IMG/VR virus record: IMGVR_UViG_3300037721_000031
Coordinates: 202,567 to 266,566 of that record
Strand: one strand, 5' to 3'
Source: a virus
Taxonomy: Duplodnaviria > Caudoviricetes
Length of the DNA stretch: 64,000 bases
Below, piece after piece: positions 9,417 through 18,611 of the stretch. How positions within the stretch are numbered: the first letter of the stretch is position 1; each line of letters opens with the position of its first letter. Under the pieces are notes generated by a model. That model worked only from the letters and a program-made list of their open reading frames with translations. It ran no database searches and was not told where the DNA came from. Position numbers and translations under genes: made by a program.

Positions 9417-9680
9417 TCAGTATTTTCTTTTATTTATTTTTGATTTGATAGCATCTTCAACAGAGAAATCCTGAAGCTGAGACATTCCTGATGTGCCTGA
9501 GGCATCTATACATACTGTTCCAATAACAGTACGATTACCAACCAGGTACGGCTTGTCAGTAAGTAACTTAGCCGACTTATAACACGAATCAAGAGTCTGT
9601 CCACGAATGAAGTACGTTTCCGGTTTCTGTACTTCACCAGTACCGACTGTAATGGACGAGAGTACAATAACAATCAGCAT
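9417..9680 (-). CDS. small exported/membrane protein (paralogue of 9088..9381)
   Basis: MLIVIVLSS start preceded by GGAATCATCTATC; alignment to neighbour. Confidence 0.65.
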   Translation of the reverse strand: MLIVIVLSSITVGTGEVQKPETYFIRGQTLDSCYKSAKLLTDKPYLVGNRTVIGTVCIDASGTSGMSQLQDFSVEDAIKSKINKRKY

Positions 9681-9847
9681 GATAGATGATTCCAATTCAA
9701 CTCTCCTAGATACTTCACAAGTTAATGAGGATTTGTAACTTATATACATTTTCTTTTACTTAATAGTTAATACTTTTTAAACTATTAAGTAAAAGAAAAA
9801 TATGTAATCGTGAACATAAAAGCACATCCTGCCTTTATTTCAGATTT

Positions 9848-9864
9848 GTTATATGTGTCTGAAA
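9848..9864 (-). promoter_or_regulatory. putative early promoter TTTCAGACACATATAAC
   Basis: Copy of the 17-bp motif in an AT-rich divergent intergenic region. Confidence 0.65.
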
Positions 9865-9942
9865 TAATCTGTGTTTAAAATAAGAATAAATATTAAATAA
9901 TAATCTTTTCTTATGTAGCTTCCAATTATCCAAGAGAACAAG

Positions 9943-12027
9943 ATGTCAATACTTAAACGCCTATTCAACGTTATTTACGCCCAAGAGAACGAGACTAGCA
10001 TTACATTGCGAGGTATGCGAGTAGCGCCGTTAGCTCAGGATATCATGGGTACATGGGGAACAAGCAAAATCGAAGCGCATATGTTCACCAGATTCAGAAG
10101 CTCTGAGATTTCTTTCCCTAAGTTCTTCGCGCCAGACTTTCATTACATGCTCGGTGCCATTAGAGATAAGTACCGGTATAGAAGAACTAATAAGAGTGTT
10201 ATTAACCGTGCATTAGAAGAGCTTGAACAATTTACATGGTTAAAGAAGCTTACCGAGTCTACTGCAAAAATACTTGATCGTAGTAAGTTAAATTTATTCA
10301 AGTTAACACCCTTGAAGCATCAGCTTGATTTCTTTGACATCTATGAAGATCGAGTACAACGTTACGGCCTAACAGGTTACTTGTTATCCGCTATAGCTGG
10401 TAGCGGTAAAACTCTGATGAACCTTATGCTGGCTGAAATGCTTGGAGCCGATCTAGTTGTACTAGTGGTGCCGAAGAATTCAGTACATAAAGTCTGGTCT
10501 CGTCATTTAAAGGAAGAGTATAAGACTCCTCAAGATCACTGGATAGTAGCTGATGGTAAGCAGTACAATAAAGAACGTTTTGTCATCACTCACTACGAAG
10601 CGTTAGATAAAGCATTACCTGAAATAAAGCGTGCTGGTAAAAGTAATGTTGTGGTTATTCTAGACGAAAGTCACAACATGAATGAGTCTGAGTCATTACG
10701 TACTCAGACATTTGTTGAACTGTGTCGTACTACAAAATCTAAGAATGTAATATGGGCCTCAGGTACACCAATTAAAGCATTGGGATATGAATCTATTCCA
10801 CTACTGCGTACAATAGATCCTTTGTTTACACCTGATGTTGAGGAACGTTATAAAAAGATTTTTGGACGCAATGCTAAACGAGCATTAGATATCCTTCGTA
10901 ACCGTATGGGTATGATCTCTTTTAAAGTAGAGAAGTCTGAAGTAATGGATAATAAGCCAACTTCCAGAACAATTAAAGTAAAGATACCGAATGGTAGCGA
11001 TTACACGTTAGATACAGTACGTCGTGAAATGAGTACTTTTATAACTCAACGTTTAAAGTACTACAAAGATAACTTCAAGAAATATGAGGGTATCTACAAT
11101 GAGGGTATTTCTGATTTCAAGAAGACGTTAGAAACAAAAGAAGATAAAGACGATTTTGATACTTATAAAGAATACATCAAGACTATTCGTTCCGGCTATG
11201 ATCCTAAGACAATGCAAGCTGAAGTAAAGTACTGTAACATCTACGAACAACGTAAGATACTCCCGACTCTAGTAAGAACTTTACGTGCAGACTTTAAGAA
11301 TGCTAGATCGGTAGTAAAGTATGCTGATCTTAAAGTTTTAGGTGAGGCATTGGGTGGTATTCTTGGACGTAAACGGGCTAAGTGTCACGTAGACATGATT
11401 CCTCACATGACGCTTCCAGAGATTGTAGAAAGTGCAGTTAAGAAGACTGTGATCTTTACAAGCTATGTTGAAGTAGTTAATGGGATTGATGAGTTCCTAA
11501 AGAAACAAAAACTAAAACCAGTACTTGTATATGGCGACACAACTCACGACTTAGCTGGACTTGTTACTAAGTTCGAGAAAGACGATACTGTTAATCCATT
11601 AATAGCCACGTATCAATCTCTGTCCACTGCAGTACCATTGATCATGGCTAATGTAGCTGTGTTTGTAAACACTCCGTTTAGAGATCATGAGTTGACTCAA
11701 GCAAAAGCACGGATAGATAGACTAGGTCAAGATACTCCTGTAGAGTTTGTGTTTATAGAGTTAGATACTGGTGAAGAGCCAAATGTTTCTACTCGTTCAC
11801 GCGATATCATGGAGTGGAGTCGCGAACAGGTAACAATGATTCTTGGTAAGAGTTATTCTGACGACGTTATTGGTGCAGCTGTTGCAGTTGAATCTATTAA
11901 TGACGAAACATTACCTGACTATAGATCGATATCGTTAGCAATGGAATATTATAACGATTGTGGCTGTGAAGATCTATCTACAGCTGAAGAGCTTCCAGAA
12001 GACATCGATACGGATATTACATTATGA
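9943..12027 (+). CDS. SF2 (SNF2-like) helicase, phiKZ gp203-like
   Basis: Walker A AGSGKT, motif II LDESH, motif III SGTP, motif VI QAKARIDRLGQ. Confidence 0.9.
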   Translation: MSILKRLFNVIYAQENETSITLRGMRVAPLAQDIMGTWGTSKIEAHMFTRFRSSEISFPKFFAPDFHYMLGAIRDKYRYRRTNKSVINRALEELEQFTWLKKLTESTAKILDRSKLNLFKLTPLKHQLDFFDIYEDRVQRYGLTGYLLSAIAGSGKTLMNLMLAEMLGADLVVLVVPKNSVHKVWSRHLKEEYKTPQDHWIVADGKQYNKERFVITHYEALDKALPEIKRAGKSNVVVILDESHNMNESESLRTQTFVELCRTTKSKNVIWASGTPIKALGYESIPLLRTIDPLFTPDVEERYKKIFGRNAKRALDILRNRMGMISFKVEKSEVMDNKPTSRTIKVKIPNGSDYTLDTVRREMSTFITQRLKYYKDNFKKYEGIYNEGISDFKKTLETKEDKDDFDTYKEYIKTIRSGYDPKTMQAEVKYCNIYEQRKILPTLVRTLRADFKNARSVVKYADLKVLGEALGGILGRKRAKCHVDMIPHMTLPEIVESAVKKTVIFTSYVEVVNGIDEFLKKQKLKPVLVYGDTTHDLAGLVTKFEKDDTVNPLIATYQSLSTAVPLIMANVAVFVNTPFRDHELTQAKARIDRLGQDTPVEFVFIELDTGEEPNVSTRSRDIMEWSREQVTMILGKSYSDDVIGAAVAVESINDETLPDYRSISLAMEYYNDCGCEDLSTAEELPEDIDTDITL

Positions 12028-12506
12028 TTTCAAAATTACTTTACCACGGCTCTACTTATAAGCAGGATGAGTTAATGCCTGGCTATATGCATTCTGGTGA
12101 ATTGGTTAGGTGGGATAAGACTGAATCTAATAAATATCTGTACGCTACGACTCAAAGAGAAAAAGCTATAGAACTAGGATTCGCTTCCGCAGTAGATAAA
12201 AAGTATAGGATGGATAGATTTAGCTCCGATAATAATACTTTTAGCTTTATTATTGATGAGAAGAAATTACCATCTAAAAGCGAGTTAGAAAAGCTTGATG
12301 TTTACTTATACGAGATCGAGTTTGATCAAGGTAGTGGATGGATTAAAAACCATAATCAGCATAATGGCTTAACGACTGAGTATAAAACTAATGAAGTTAT
12401 TAAGCCAGAGTTAATTAACCGTTGTATTAAGATAGATTTAAGAGGTTGGTTAAAGAATAAAGAAATTTTAATAGCTTCACCAAGACCTTCTTACCTTGAA
12501 TGGTGA
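12024..12506 (+). CDS. putative ADP-ribosyltransferase-fold protein (Arr/H-Y-E-like)
   Basis: LYHGS...L-PG, YLYATT, YLYEI, TEYKT spaced as in Arr-type ARTs; ATGA overlap with the helicase. Confidence 0.55.
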   Translation: MISKLLYHGSTYKQDELMPGYMHSGELVRWDKTESNKYLYATTQREKAIELGFASAVDKKYRMDRFSSDNNTFSFIIDEKKLPSKSELEKLDVYLYEIEFDQGSGWIKNHNQHNGLTTEYKTNEVIKPELINRCIKIDLRGWLKNKEILIASPRPSYLEW

Positions 12507-12562
12507 ATAGATACATATTTACATTTAAGACACATTCTATACTTAACCACTAGGTGCTAACT

Positions 12563-12718
12563 ATGTTTCTTCCATTTACATTTGCAGTGAACGTTCTTAA
12601 CTTTTGGATGACCGGTTCACAAAAGAGTGTTTCTGAAACTAGAGATATTCTGACTGTTCAGCTGCAGAAAAACTTCAGCACGTGGAATGCTTTTAAGAAG
12701 TCGTATAACATTCAGTAA
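12563..12718 (+). CDS. small hypothetical protein, 51 aa (not in ORF track)
   Basis: Manual translation MFLPFTFAVNVLNFWMTG...YNIQ; SD AGGTG; ends at the convergent terminator. Confidence 0.5.
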   Translation: MFLPFTFAVNVLNFWMTGSQKSVSETRDILTVQLQKNFSTWNAFKKSYNIQ

Positions 12719-12732
12719 AAAAAAAAATAACA

Positions 12733-12772
12733 GCATACAGAGCTAGGACAATTGTCCTAGCTCTGATTATGC
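12733..12772. terminator. bidirectional palindromic terminator
   Basis: Perfect 28-bp palindrome CAGAGCTAGGACAA|TTGTCCTAGCTCTG with GCATA/TATGC flanks, between convergent genes. Confidence 0.85.
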
Positions 12773-13297
12773 CGCAACAAGGAACGAGCTCATCCTGAAC
12801 TTATAGTTCCATAAAGCATGTTTTGAAGTAAAGCCTTGCTCTCTTAACTTTAGACGTAGAGCATCACTCCATGTTCTCACTTCTTCTGGCGAGTTACACC
12901 ATTCGTGAGTAATGTATTCCTCATCAACAAAGATACCTAATCTGTTATAGAACTGAAAAGACTCACGGTCTTTATTTCCAAGAAATGCGTAACAGTCATT
13001 ATTATCACGTGCTGATTTCTTAATAACCTCAAGCACTAATCTCTCACCGATTTTATTTCCACGGTGATCTGGTCTAACATAAGTACCGATTCTACCATTA
13101 TGTTCTAGAACACAGACACCAATATCATTTCCATTAATATCGGTTGCTAGAGAGACTACTGCTTTAGTTTTCTCATTCTCAATAACTACGTCCCATAACG
13201 TAACGCGTAACGTACCGTCATTTCCGTTATGTAAAGAGGCTGACAATGCTCTTTCAGCGTTAGACTTTGCATTATCAGCTTGTACAAAAACATTCAT
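12767..13297 (-). CDS. GNAT family acetyltransferase
   Basis: Motif A YVRPDHRGNKIGERLV; FYNRLG motif B. Confidence 0.8.
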   Translation of the reverse strand: MNVFVQADNAKSNAERALSASLHNGNDGTLRVTLWDVVIENEKTKAVVSLATDINGNDIGVCVLEHNGRIGTYVRPDHRGNKIGERLVLEVIKKSARDNNDCYAFLGNKDRESFQFYNRLGIFVDEEYITHEWCNSPEEVRTWSDALRLKLREQGFTSKHALWNYKFRMSSFLVAA

Positions 13298-13330
13298 CTC
13301 CGCTTCCTTAAAGATTTTCTGCGGGCTGTA

Positions 13331-13744
13331 TCAAATCAGCTTACTGATATAGCTTTTACGCTTTTCAATATGCAGTTTGAATTGTCGCCAAAAATCTTGC
13401 TTCCCTTCAAACTGCACAAACCTTGGATGACTCATGTCAAAGCATTCTTTCAAGTGCTTAGCAGCATTCTCGTGACCTGTAATTTCTTCAACCGACATGT
13501 TCACCATCGAAAGCTGCTTTTCCTGAGAGTGTCCGGAAATCAACGCAGACAGTACGTTCTCATTCAGCTTATCGAATGCTGTCAATCGATTATCATTGAG
13601 CTGAGGAAGTGGCATGGTAGCATCATTAGGTTCGTGGTCAGGGAAGAAGGCAGAATAACGTTTCTTTCCAACCATCAAAAGTGTATTCGACTCAACTCCA
13701 CCATTTAGCATTTCGTTCATGATCCTAATCCTTTTATAAGACAA
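13331..13744 (-). CDS. hypothetical protein, ERRKSYI family
   Basis: PQLND--L...NE...MSVEEI...EKRKSYISKL. Confidence 0.8.
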   Translation of the reverse strand: MSYKRIRIMNEMLNGGVESNTLLMVGKKRYSAFFPDHEPNDATMPLPQLNDNRLTAFDKLNENVLSALISGHSQEKQLSMVNMSVEEITGHENAAKHLKECFDMSHPRFVQFEGKQDFWRQFKLHIEKRKSYISKLI

Positions 13745-13754
13745 GTAAAGAGAA

Positions 13755-13958
13755 CTACCTGGGCTTCACGCAAGACAATGGACTACGTTTCCATTGTGCT
13801 TTACGTTTAACTTTATCATGATCTCTTTTGGGAGGCATCTTAAGAGCCTCAACCCATCTACCAAGAAATCCAGTATACTCGTTTGAGTAAGTTATTGTAC
13901 CATCTGAATTCATGATAGATGCTATCGACCCAACATGACGTCTTTGATGAAAAGACAT
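13755..13958 (-). CDS. small basic hypothetical protein
   Basis: Packed between neighbours; K/R-rich C-terminus. Confidence 0.6.
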   Translation of the reverse strand: MSFHQRRHVGSIASIMNSDGTITYSNEYTGFLGRWVEALKMPPKRDHDKVKRKAQWKRSPLSCVKPR

Positions 13959-13960
13959 AG

Positions 13961-14293
13961 TTAGTCCTCCGTGACAGGCGTAAGTTTATGAATGTAACTT
14001 TTCCGTCTTTCCATTAGCACTTTTAACTTCGACAGTCTTTCTTTACTAGACAATAAATGAATAGTCATTCTGTCATCTGGACCTCTTTTAGCTGCTATCC
14101 TATCCATACTCATTTCTAGCTTATGGATGTTTTCAGAGGACATTCTCATATACTCAATCTGCTCTTTATACGAGAAATCTCTTAACAGCATGAATAAGTC
14201 ACACTCATTTACACTGTCATTTCCAAATAGATTTGGATTATTAAACTGAGGTAAAAGCCAATCATCATCTAAAGAGTCTTTTTCAGGTGTCAC
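13961..14293 (-). CDS. hypothetical protein, ERRKSYI family
   Basis: PQFNN--L-G-D--NE...MSSENI...ERRKSYIHKL. Confidence 0.8.
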   Translation of the reverse strand: MTPEKDSLDDDWLLPQFNNPNLFGNDSVNECDLFMLLRDFSYKEQIEYMRMSSENIHKLEMSMDRIAAKRGPDDRMTIHLLSSKERLSKLKVLMERRKSYIHKLTPVTED

Positions 14294-14313
14294 GATAATT
14301 CCTAGCTGTGTAT

Positions 14314-14469
14314 TCAGTGACGCGGTTTCGACACATACTTATATTCGAATGTCTCAACTGAACGAGTCGGATCGGTACGACGACGATAAACTGTAGTAAA
14401 CCATACCCAGTCTCCATAAATACAGACTGGGTACCAGGCAAACCATTTATGCCAAGCAGTCCTAAGCAT
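14314..14469 (-). CDS. small Trp-rich protein (WHKWFAWYPV), paralogue of 14483 ORF
   Basis: Start moved to MLRTAW, preceded by GAAGGAG. Confidence 0.7.
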   Translation of the reverse strand: MLRTAWHKWFAWYPVCIYGDWVWFTTVYRRRTDPTRSVETFEYKYVSKPRH

Positions 14470-14482
14470 GAAATTAGCTCCT

Positions 14483-14752
14483 TCAAAATTTCTTACGGTA
14501 GTCGTAACCATTTTTCATTGTTGTGCTACCGCAAAAGCCAATAAACGTCATAAAACCATGGCTCCAATGAGAAGTGAAGGATACGTATCTTCGTCTTTCA
14601 ATTACTTTTAACCATGTCCACTTACCGCCGACGAGTTTTACAGGATGCCAAGCGAACCATTTATTCCATACATGTGAATACATTTTTTTGCATCTTTCTC
14701 TATTTATATCTATTAATTCGACGCGATTGTAACGATATCTTGGCTTTAACAC
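14483..14752 (-). CDS. small Trp-rich protein (WNKWFAWHPV); likely start 14683
   Basis: W-KWFAW-PV...G-W-W...RRR shared with neighbour. Confidence 0.7.
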   Translation of the reverse strand: MLKPRYRYNRVELIDINRERCKKMYSHVWNKWFAWHPVKLVGGKWTWLKVIERRRYVSFTSHWSHGFMTFIGFCGSTTMKNGYDYRKKF

Positions 14753-14915
14753 GCTTCTGAGTCTTACTCATTCTCTTCTTATTGCCTGTCCGTGTTCTTC
14801 CATTAGATTGTGTCCAAATGCTAGGAAAACTCCCAGATACCTGTTGGTAAGCACCTGTAACTGACGATGTATCAACATACTTAGAAAGACTTGCACGTTC
14901 AACACTTTGTAGCAT
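14700..14915 (-). CDS. small basic protein
   Basis: SD GGAG; C-terminus KKRMSKTQKRVKAKISLQSRRINRYK. Confidence 0.65.
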   Translation of the reverse strand: MLQSVERASLSKYVDTSSVTGAYQQVSGSFPSIWTQSNGRTRTGNKKRMSKTQKRVKAKISLQSRRINRYK

Positions 14916-14972
14916 TTTAAACTCCGTTGTGAAAAGTAGATTAAAAGTTCACCTCTAATCTACATGAAACAC

Positions 14973-15146
14973 TTACTTACGCTTTAATCCAGCTCTTTGT
15001 TTATGCTTACTTGGACGATGTGGCTTGAGGATAACTCCCGACATACCTAACCAATGAGGATGTGTCTTACCGACAATGATGGGATATCCCTCACTATTAC
15101 TTAGCTTGGGATGATCCGGAACACTCAATGTTTTATTTTTAGGCAT
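14973..15146 (-). CDS. small basic protein, 57 aa (not in ORF track)
   Basis: Manual translation MPKNKTLSVPDHPK...KHKQRAGLKRK; starts 7 nt after the upstream stop. Confidence 0.5.
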   Translation of the reverse strand: MPKNKTLSVPDHPKLSNSEGYPIIVGKTHPHWLGMSGVILKPHRPSKHKQRAGLKRK

Positions 15147-15153
15147 GTTGATT

Positions 15154-15726
15154 CTACTGTAGGTTAGCTGGGTTTTCCATGATCACCTCTAGCTTCAGAT
15201 GTGGCATACAAACTGTTTCAGTCTCAACAGTATCGTCGAGAAAGAAAGCGGTGATGGTCGGAAGCGGATTACCGAGCTGGACGTGTTTCCTTTGATTCCA
15301 GCTCATCCAGTCACGAAATGCTTTTTGTTTATTCCAGAAATCATTGATATCCATCCTACTGACGGAATCCTTAGAGATAAAGTTATTTACGTCAGCAAGA
15401 ACCTCACGTACATGCTCCATGTGAGGGACAATCGTAAACTTACATCCAAGTGCTTTCTCGAGAAACGGTTGGACATGTTCCTGGAATTTAAACAAATCAG
15501 CGTCGTCATCGATAGCGAAAGAGAAAACACTGACTGTGTCTGGACTGAACTCTTCGATAACTCTCTTTACTAAGTCGATGTTGATGAAGTCCACATCCTG
15601 CCAGCTACCGAGACATGGTGTGATGACTGTATCCTCAAGGTCAAGAAACAAATGTTTACCATCACCAAGCAGCATACTTTTGAGAACACTGCTAAAACCA
15701 AGAGCCGATTGCATGATTAACTCCAA
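15154..15726 (-). CDS. HAD-superfamily phosphatase-like protein
   Basis: Motif I-like LFLDLEDTV, motif II-like VFSFA, motif IV-like FFLDD. Confidence 0.6.
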   Translation of the reverse strand: MELIMQSALGFSSVLKSMLLGDGKHLFLDLEDTVITPCLGSWQDVDFINIDLVKRVIEEFSPDTVSVFSFAIDDDADLFKFQEHVQPFLEKALGCKFTIVPHMEHVREVLADVNNFISKDSVSRMDINDFWNKQKAFRDWMSWNQRKHVQLGNPLPTITAFFLDDTVETETVCMPHLKLEVIMENPANLQ

Positions 15727-15761
15727 TTGATTAAAGAGGTTTGTAAGTAGCTAACTAGAGA

Positions 15762-16235
15762 TTACGAATCTCCGATGTGTGCGTGTGAGAACTGTACCAA
15801 GATAGGAGCTACGATCCACTCGTGTTTACTACCTTGCATCGTAATAGCACTTTCTGCTTGCTCCGCAGTTGTAAACTTTATCGCATCACGAAACTTTACC
15901 GAATTGTCAGGAGATGTAAATGCGTGTACTGACACATACTCCGTAATACTCACACTAGCTGGTTTCTTATTCATACCCATATAACGATATGTTCCTGTGT
16001 CAAGAGAGTCTCGCAGACACACCACATACATTTCCTGATCATACATTTCGACATGACCAATAGTTTCCCAACTTACACCTGGAAAAATCTCCATACACTT
16101 CAAGCAAACATCTCGTGAAGTGTCATGTTCCATAAGTTGAGGGTGAAACCTACCATCAACAAGCATAAGGTATTTACCATTACTGGTATGATGGAGTTGC
16201 AATGTGGGTTTGCGATTGTCAATCAAATTACTCAT
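15762..16235 (-). CDS. hypothetical two-module protein
   Basis: N-part aligns with 35454..35780 (LVDG--HP-L); C-part weakly with 36618..36944. Confidence 0.75.
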   Translation of the reverse strand: MSNLIDNRKPTLQLHHTSNGKYLMLVDGRFHPQLMEHDTSRDVCLKCMEIFPGVSWETIGHVEMYDQEMYVVCLRDSLDTGTYRYMGMNKKPASVSITEYVSVHAFTSPDNSVKFRDAIKFTTAEQAESAITMQGSKHEWIVAPILVQFSHAHIGDS

Positions 16236-16281
16236 TTGTTATTCCTTTGAAGTAAAAGAAGTACTCATCACAGCATAAAAG

Positions 16282-16318
16282 ATAAAAGGCTTGTGGAAAT
16301 AATCCACAAGCCTTTTAT
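16282..16318. terminator. palindromic terminator
   Basis: ATAAAAGGCTTGTGGA-aataa-TCCACAAGCCTTTTAT. Confidence 0.8.
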
Positions 16319-16384
16319 GACGCATTAACAGTACACCATTCTCAGTCACGAGAATGGTGTACTCAACATCACCATTTACTACCT

Positions 16385-16651
16385 TCACTCTTTCAAGATA
16401 TGACTCTTCTTAATGATCTGGATATCAGACAACTCCTGAATAGTTTTCGAAGCAGATCCATTACCGTAGAATTTACGAGGATTCCCACAAAGGTGGCAAC
16501 TGCAATTCTTGGCCGTACTAACAACCATTCCTAAAAACCTATTAAGATTATCAGGAAAATTCTTAGCATACCCGTGATAACTTTTGCGATTATTACGTAA
16601 ACGCTTTACTTCGTGACGACGTTCCGACCTCTTGAAAGACTTCTGTTGCAT
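16385..16651 (-). CDS. basic phage protein with CSCxxCGNPRK motif
   Basis: SD GGAGAG; R-rich N-terminus and Cys motif. Confidence 0.8.
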   Translation of the reverse strand: MQQKSFKRSERRHEVKRLRNNRKSYHGYAKNFPDNLNRFLGMVVSTAKNCSCHLCGNPRKFYGNGSASKTIQELSDIQIIKKSHILKE

Positions 16652-16732
16652 ATTGACTCTCCGAATAGATCGGCGGCCCGGTGGACAGCATCGATCTGAT
16701 CAGAGAACCAAAAATTAAACTTGATTTCATAT

Positions 16733-16810
16733 TTACTCCATTGCACGGGAGACACAGTAACCGAAACCTATGATTATAACTCCAGTAAATATCAACGTTT
16801 CGATAACCAT
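16733..16810 (-). CDS. 25-aa single-pass membrane micro-protein (not in ORF track)
   Basis: MVIETLIFTGVIIIGFGYCVSRAME; upstream AAGTGAG. Confidence 0.45.
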   Translation of the reverse strand: MVIETLIFTGVIIIGFGYCVSRAME

Positions 16811-16848
16811 TATGATCTCACTTAAGCTGATTTCTCACATGTATCTAT

Positions 16849-17199
16849 CTAACTTATCTGTTTTCGACAATATTGGATATTCAAATAATCCTTAGATGTC
16901 AGTCCAAACCATAGAAGAATACGGCTCCAGTAACTAAGTCCAACATACTCATTTAAAGACGAATACAACATAGGTCGGCCATGACTAGCATCCCACGTAA
17001 TGTATGGTGCAACTCTTCCTCGAAAGTAGAATTTGTTTTTGATAGACCATACTCTAATGTCAGTATAAAGCTTTTCATACTGCCTATCTATACTGTCTCT
17101 AGAAAGTACTTCTTGTCTCTTCAATAAAAGAACTACTGATATTGGTACAATAAGAACCAATACAGAAATCACAATCATACTGATAGTAACACTTTCCAT
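16849..17199 (-). CDS. N-terminally anchored membrane protein, copy 1
   Basis: TM helix; LLW-G-TS-D-L-I-YC shared with 18175 and 18612 ORFs. Confidence 0.8.
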   Translation of the reverse strand: MESVTISMIVISVLVLIVPISVVLLLKRQEVLSRDSIDRQYEKLYTDIRVWSIKNKFYFRGRVAPYITWDASHGRPMLYSSLNEYVGLSYWSRILLWFGLTSKDYLNIQYCRKQIS

Positions 17200-17231
17200 G
17201 AGATGATCACCTTGTATTAATGAGTAATTCT

Positions 17232-17570
17232 CTAAACATTTAAACCGCGACGTGTCTCTCTCAGTGTACTCAATTTCTTTTCGTATTCAGAAATGAGTTC
17301 ATCTAAAAGTTGCTTTGCATGAGCCTCAGCTTCTTGCTTTTTATCAAAATGCTGACGCTTGCAACGTCGCAGTAGTGGCATTCCATCCATAGGTCCATAC
17401 TTACTAGGAACTGTAGCGTACTTCTTATCGTATTCACCAACTTGAATAACTTGATAGTTATTCTCAGTTTCCACAATCCACTTCTTAGTGTCTTGATTAG
17501 GTACGTACGTGCATGTGCAGCGAAGCTTACCACATTTGTTACACATCATCTCGGCGTAATAATGTCCCAT
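17232..17570 (-). CDS. hypothetical protein with N-terminal Cys cluster
   Basis: CNKCGKLRCTC; SD AGGAG. Confidence 0.75.
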   Translation of the reverse strand: MGHYYAEMMCNKCGKLRCTCTYVPNQDTKKWIVETENNYQVIQVGEYDKKYATVPSKYGPMDGMPLLRRCKRQHFDKKQEAEAHAKQLLDELISEYEKKLSTLRETRRGLNV

Positions 17571-17584
17571 CTTTTACTCCTTAA

Positions 17585-18196
17585 CTAGACAAATGTTTTC
17601 GACTTATATTCAACTGCTTGTTGTACTGACAAATTCATCACATTAATTCTATTTTGCAGAGTGCTTTCAGCCACGCTAGTTCTTCTAGATATTTCAGGTA
17701 ATGTTAATTGCTCACCTTTATATTCATAGAAAACGTTTCTTCTTGTATTACTTTGTTGTTCTACCATGGTAGCCCATCTGCAATTATTTTTTTCGTAATC
17801 ACTATTATTTTCTTTTCTATCCAGTGTATGCTCTGGGCTAGGCTTCTGACCCATGTCACGGTAGAAAGCTTCAAAACTATTCATCCATTCGTCACAGACT
17901 CTTATACCTCTACCGCCATAATCATGATATTGTTGATTATTAGGGTTAGTACAGCGAGCCTTCATTGATTGCCAAGAAATATACTCTGGAGTGCGGTACA
18001 TGCCATGAATAGCAACCAGACATCCACAGTTTTGAGTGTGTCCGCTATTTAAATTACTAGAAATTACTGTAGTAATCCTACCACACACACATTGACAATT
18101 CCATCTTGATGTCCTGTTCTTACTACTAACAGGATCTTTAGATATTACAGTCAATCTACCAAATACTTGTCCTATTAAATAAGCTGTACTACCCAT
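17585..18196 (-). CDS. HNH-type (beta-beta-alpha-Me) homing endonuclease
   Basis: GRLTV, CQCVCG, MKARC...YGGRGI-VC-EW, TLDRKENN--Y---NCRWAT--EQ--N, C-terminal HTH-like segment. Confidence 0.8.
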   Translation of the reverse strand: MGSTAYLIGQVFGRLTVISKDPVSSKNRTSRWNCQCVCGRITTVISSNLNSGHTQNCGCLVAIHGMYRTPEYISWQSMKARCTNPNNQQYHDYGGRGIRVCDEWMNSFEAFYRDMGQKPSPEHTLDRKENNSDYEKNNCRWATMVEQQSNTRRNVFYEYKGEQLTLPEISRRTSVAESTLQNRINVMNLSVQQAVEYKSKTFV

Positions 18197-18606
18197 TTCT
18201 TCTTCCTTAAATGAGATTTAGAAGCTAAAAGAAATCTCTTAGATGACTTCATCATCTCTTTACAGTACTTAATATCCAACTTATCAACTGAACTAAATCT
18301 AGCCCAGAGTAAAAAGCGATCAATATAGGTAAGCCAATGCACACTACCTACGATCGTATAAATATATGGTCCGTCCACATGATCTCGCTGAATATACGGA
18401 ACAGTATCTCGCTCATATGTGAAACCTTTTGAGCTGATAAACATTCGAATTTTACTCTTTACGAGATCCTTTTCGAAGTCAAGTTCAATCCTGGACATTC
18501 GTACATGATCGTAAATAATAATACTAAGCAGTAAAAGCAAAAGTAACGGTACAATGATAGTGGACATTAGTGCACTAAATATCTCTTGAAATAACGATGT
18601 TTCCAT
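18175..18606 (-). CDS. N-terminally anchored membrane protein, copy 2
   Basis: IIVPLLLLLLLSIII helix; DR-LLW--FSSVDKLDIKYC. Confidence 0.8.
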   Translation of the reverse strand: METSLFQEIFSALMSTIIVPLLLLLLLSIIIYDHVRMSRIELDFEKDLVKSKIRMFISSKGFTYERDTVPYIQRDHVDGPYIYTIVGSVHWLTYIDRFLLWARFSSVDKLDIKYCKEMMKSSKRFLLASKSHLRKKKWVVQLI

Positions 18607-18611
18607 TTTAT

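Noticed and set aside
14283-14486. Alternative minus-strand frame (67 aa)
   Set aside because: The overlapping frame 14314..14469 has a strong SD and a paralogue
16593-16730. 45-aa minus-strand ORF MKSSLIFG...
   Set aside because: Overlaps the start of 16385..16651 out of frame and has no supporting features
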